A stretch of 64,000 bases of DNA from Dendrobates tinctorius (Eukaryota): assembly GCF_039654945.1 (NCBI RefSeq), contig NW_027361790.1:4960001-5024000 (forward strand). The letters run 5' to 3'. How positions within the stretch are numbered: position 1 is the first letter of the stretch; every line of letters begins with the position of its first letter. Positions 62,104 to 64,000 of this stretch are shown one piece after another. The notes beneath the pieces are model-generated. The model saw only the letters and a list, made by a program, of their open reading frames with translations. It was not told the DNA's origin and did no database searches. The position numbers and the translations under genes were made by a program.

Positions 62104-62835
62104 ACATCACTGACGCCATCTTGTGCAGTGACACGTATCTCCCCTCCATCACTTCACCAGTGGCACCTTCACTGGCTAAGCAGGGGACTCTGGACAGGGC
62201 ATCTGCGTTCCCATGCAACCTCACTGGCCTGTCATCCACATGGAAAGTGAAGTCCTGGAGCGCCAGAAACCTAGTTACCCAGGCATTCTTCCCCTTCTTT
62301 TCTCTCATCCACGTCAGGGGCACATGATCAGATATTATCCTGAACCTTCTGCCTAACAGGTAATATCTCAGGGTCTCGACTGCCTACTTGATGGCCAAGC
62401 ACTCTTTCTCCATGATGATGTAGTTCTTCTCACAGGAGGAGAGTTTCCCACTCAGGACTGGATGTTCGTTGCGGTCTATTACCTAGGGCAACAAAGCTCC
62501 TAAACCGACTGGTGCCATCAAGACTGGCTGTCTGCACAGGACAAGCTTCAACTCCTGGAATGCCAACTTCAGAGGATCATTTGATCATCGTTGACTTTGT
62601 GCCCTTGAGAAGATCAGTTTGGGGGTAGCTATCATGGCAAAGTTTGGGATAAATCACGATAATATCCCACAATTCCAAGGAATGCCCTGACCTGCTTTTT
62701 GGAGACCGGCTGTGGCCACTTCTGGATTGCCTCCAGTTGGTCCACTTGTGGCTTTTTCTTGCCTCTTCCAACGATATAGTCCAAGTACTTCTCCTCTTTC
62801 CTAAGGGTGCACTTCTTTGGACTTATGGTAAACCC
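62104..62835 (-). mobile_element. Gmr1-like Gypsy RT/RNase H C-terminal remnant
   Basis: LALQDFTFHV...HGNADALSR close to a probable LTR start, consistent with INT-before-RT domain order. Confidence 0.7.
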
Positions 62836-62838
62836 TGT

Positions 62839-64000
62839 GTGACGGAGTCAGCTTATGCTGAGTCGTTTTCTTTAGAATGGACCCTCTGGGTCGTGGCACC
62901 CACCCACCTAGGGCGAGCTGACCTTGTGAGGAACCACCCCCCTATACAGGGAGTGTCAGGGGCAAGATCAAGGGGGTGAGCCACCACGACTGCTGGAACC
63001 AGACGGCCGGCTCAGGTAGCCACTAAGTACGAGTGTCTGACAACAAAGGACATGCAGGAAACAAGACAAGACATGAATTCAAGGTATCTTCATTAAGTCA
63101 AACTCAGGGTAACATCAGGTGCAAGACGTGATAACAGGAAAACACAGCAAGGTGCGTGCGAGGGCACGCCTAGGTCCATGGCATGGTATGTGCTATATGA
63201 CACGCCTGGGTACAGGCAAGGGCTCAATGGCATCGGACTCCGGACAGCTGGCAACGATCGACATGATCAGGGCATCAGGCTGTGGACATCAGCTCCAGAC
63301 ACCAGGCTGCAGTCGTCAGGCTTACGATCTCTGGCAATGATCGGCAGGTTCCAGGCATCCGGCAGGCAAACCAGGGTTCAGGCAAGGAGGCACGACAGAT
63401 CTCCAGACATGGTGCATGTTAGGGAACATGCCAAGGTCCAAGGCAAGGTTCCAGGCAGGGTGCGTGCTTGGGGCACACCAGGGTCCAGGGCAAGGTGCAA
63501 GGCAAGGTGCATGTGTAGGGGACATGCCAGGGTTCAAAGTACGAGACACCGTGCGTGTGTAGGGGACCCACCAGGGTTCAAAGTTCAAAGTACAAGACAT
63601 GGTGCGTGTGTAGGGACACGCCAGGGTTCAAGGTCCAAGGTCCTGGGCGTGCTAGAGGAACCGCCAGGGTTCAGGCTAAGGTCCTGCATGTGCAGAGGGG
63701 CACGCCAGGGTTCAGGCTAAGGCAAAGGCCTGCACGTGCTAGGAGACATGCCAGGGTTCGGGCTAGGGCCTGTGCGTGCAAGGGGGCACGACAGGGTTCA
63801 GGCTAGGGCCTGTACGTGCAAGAGGGCACAACAGGGTACATGGCAAGACTTGCACGTACTTTTAGAGAAGCACGGGTATTTCTGCCAAGGAGCAGGCTAG
63901 GGCCTGCGCGCGCTACTAGAGAAGCACGACAAGCACAGTGCAGAGACAGCATGAGTGCAAGGAAGCACAGAGAGCACGGCTGGGGCACTGGCTAGCTGAT
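62839..64000. mobile_element. LTR-like element with about 40-bp tandem repeats (about 63400-63930), running off the window
   Basis: TGTGACGG start; repeated GGGCACGCCAGGGTTCAGGCTAGGGCCTG units. Confidence 0.55.

Overview
This is vertebrate genomic DNA, almost certainly from a frog (anuran), so the prokaryote-style ORF track is mostly noise. The only host gene I can support is the 5' end of USP15 on the minus strand. Its coding exons 1-3 lie at 32464-32552, 4493-4620 and 3743-3873, all with GT-AG junctions, and together encode the DUSP domain. A CpG-island promoter sits at about 32150-32900. The 27.8-kb first intron and the upstream 31 kb are a dense, nested mobilome: a near full-length DIRS1 tyrosine-recombinase retrotransposon plus a deleted one, four Tc1-superfamily transposase copies from three catalytic-spacing families (DD34E, DD37E, DD38E), a full-length chromodomain Gypsy element, a non-autonomous LTR element with a tRNA-Ser PBS, solo LTRs, a non-autonomous Helitron with a fold-back 3' end, Penelope remnants with hammerhead-ribozyme motifs, CR1, L2, a V-SINE, many palindromic MITEs and a 7-kb 52-bp minisatellite next to USP15 exon 1. 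I found no new protein system that I can support. The best leads are a predicted spliceosomal intron in the DIRS gag gene, the double-3'-end Helitron, the structured intronic minisatellite, the hammerhead motifs and an ORF that reads from an LTR through its PBS. Family assignments come from motif recognition, not from database searches.
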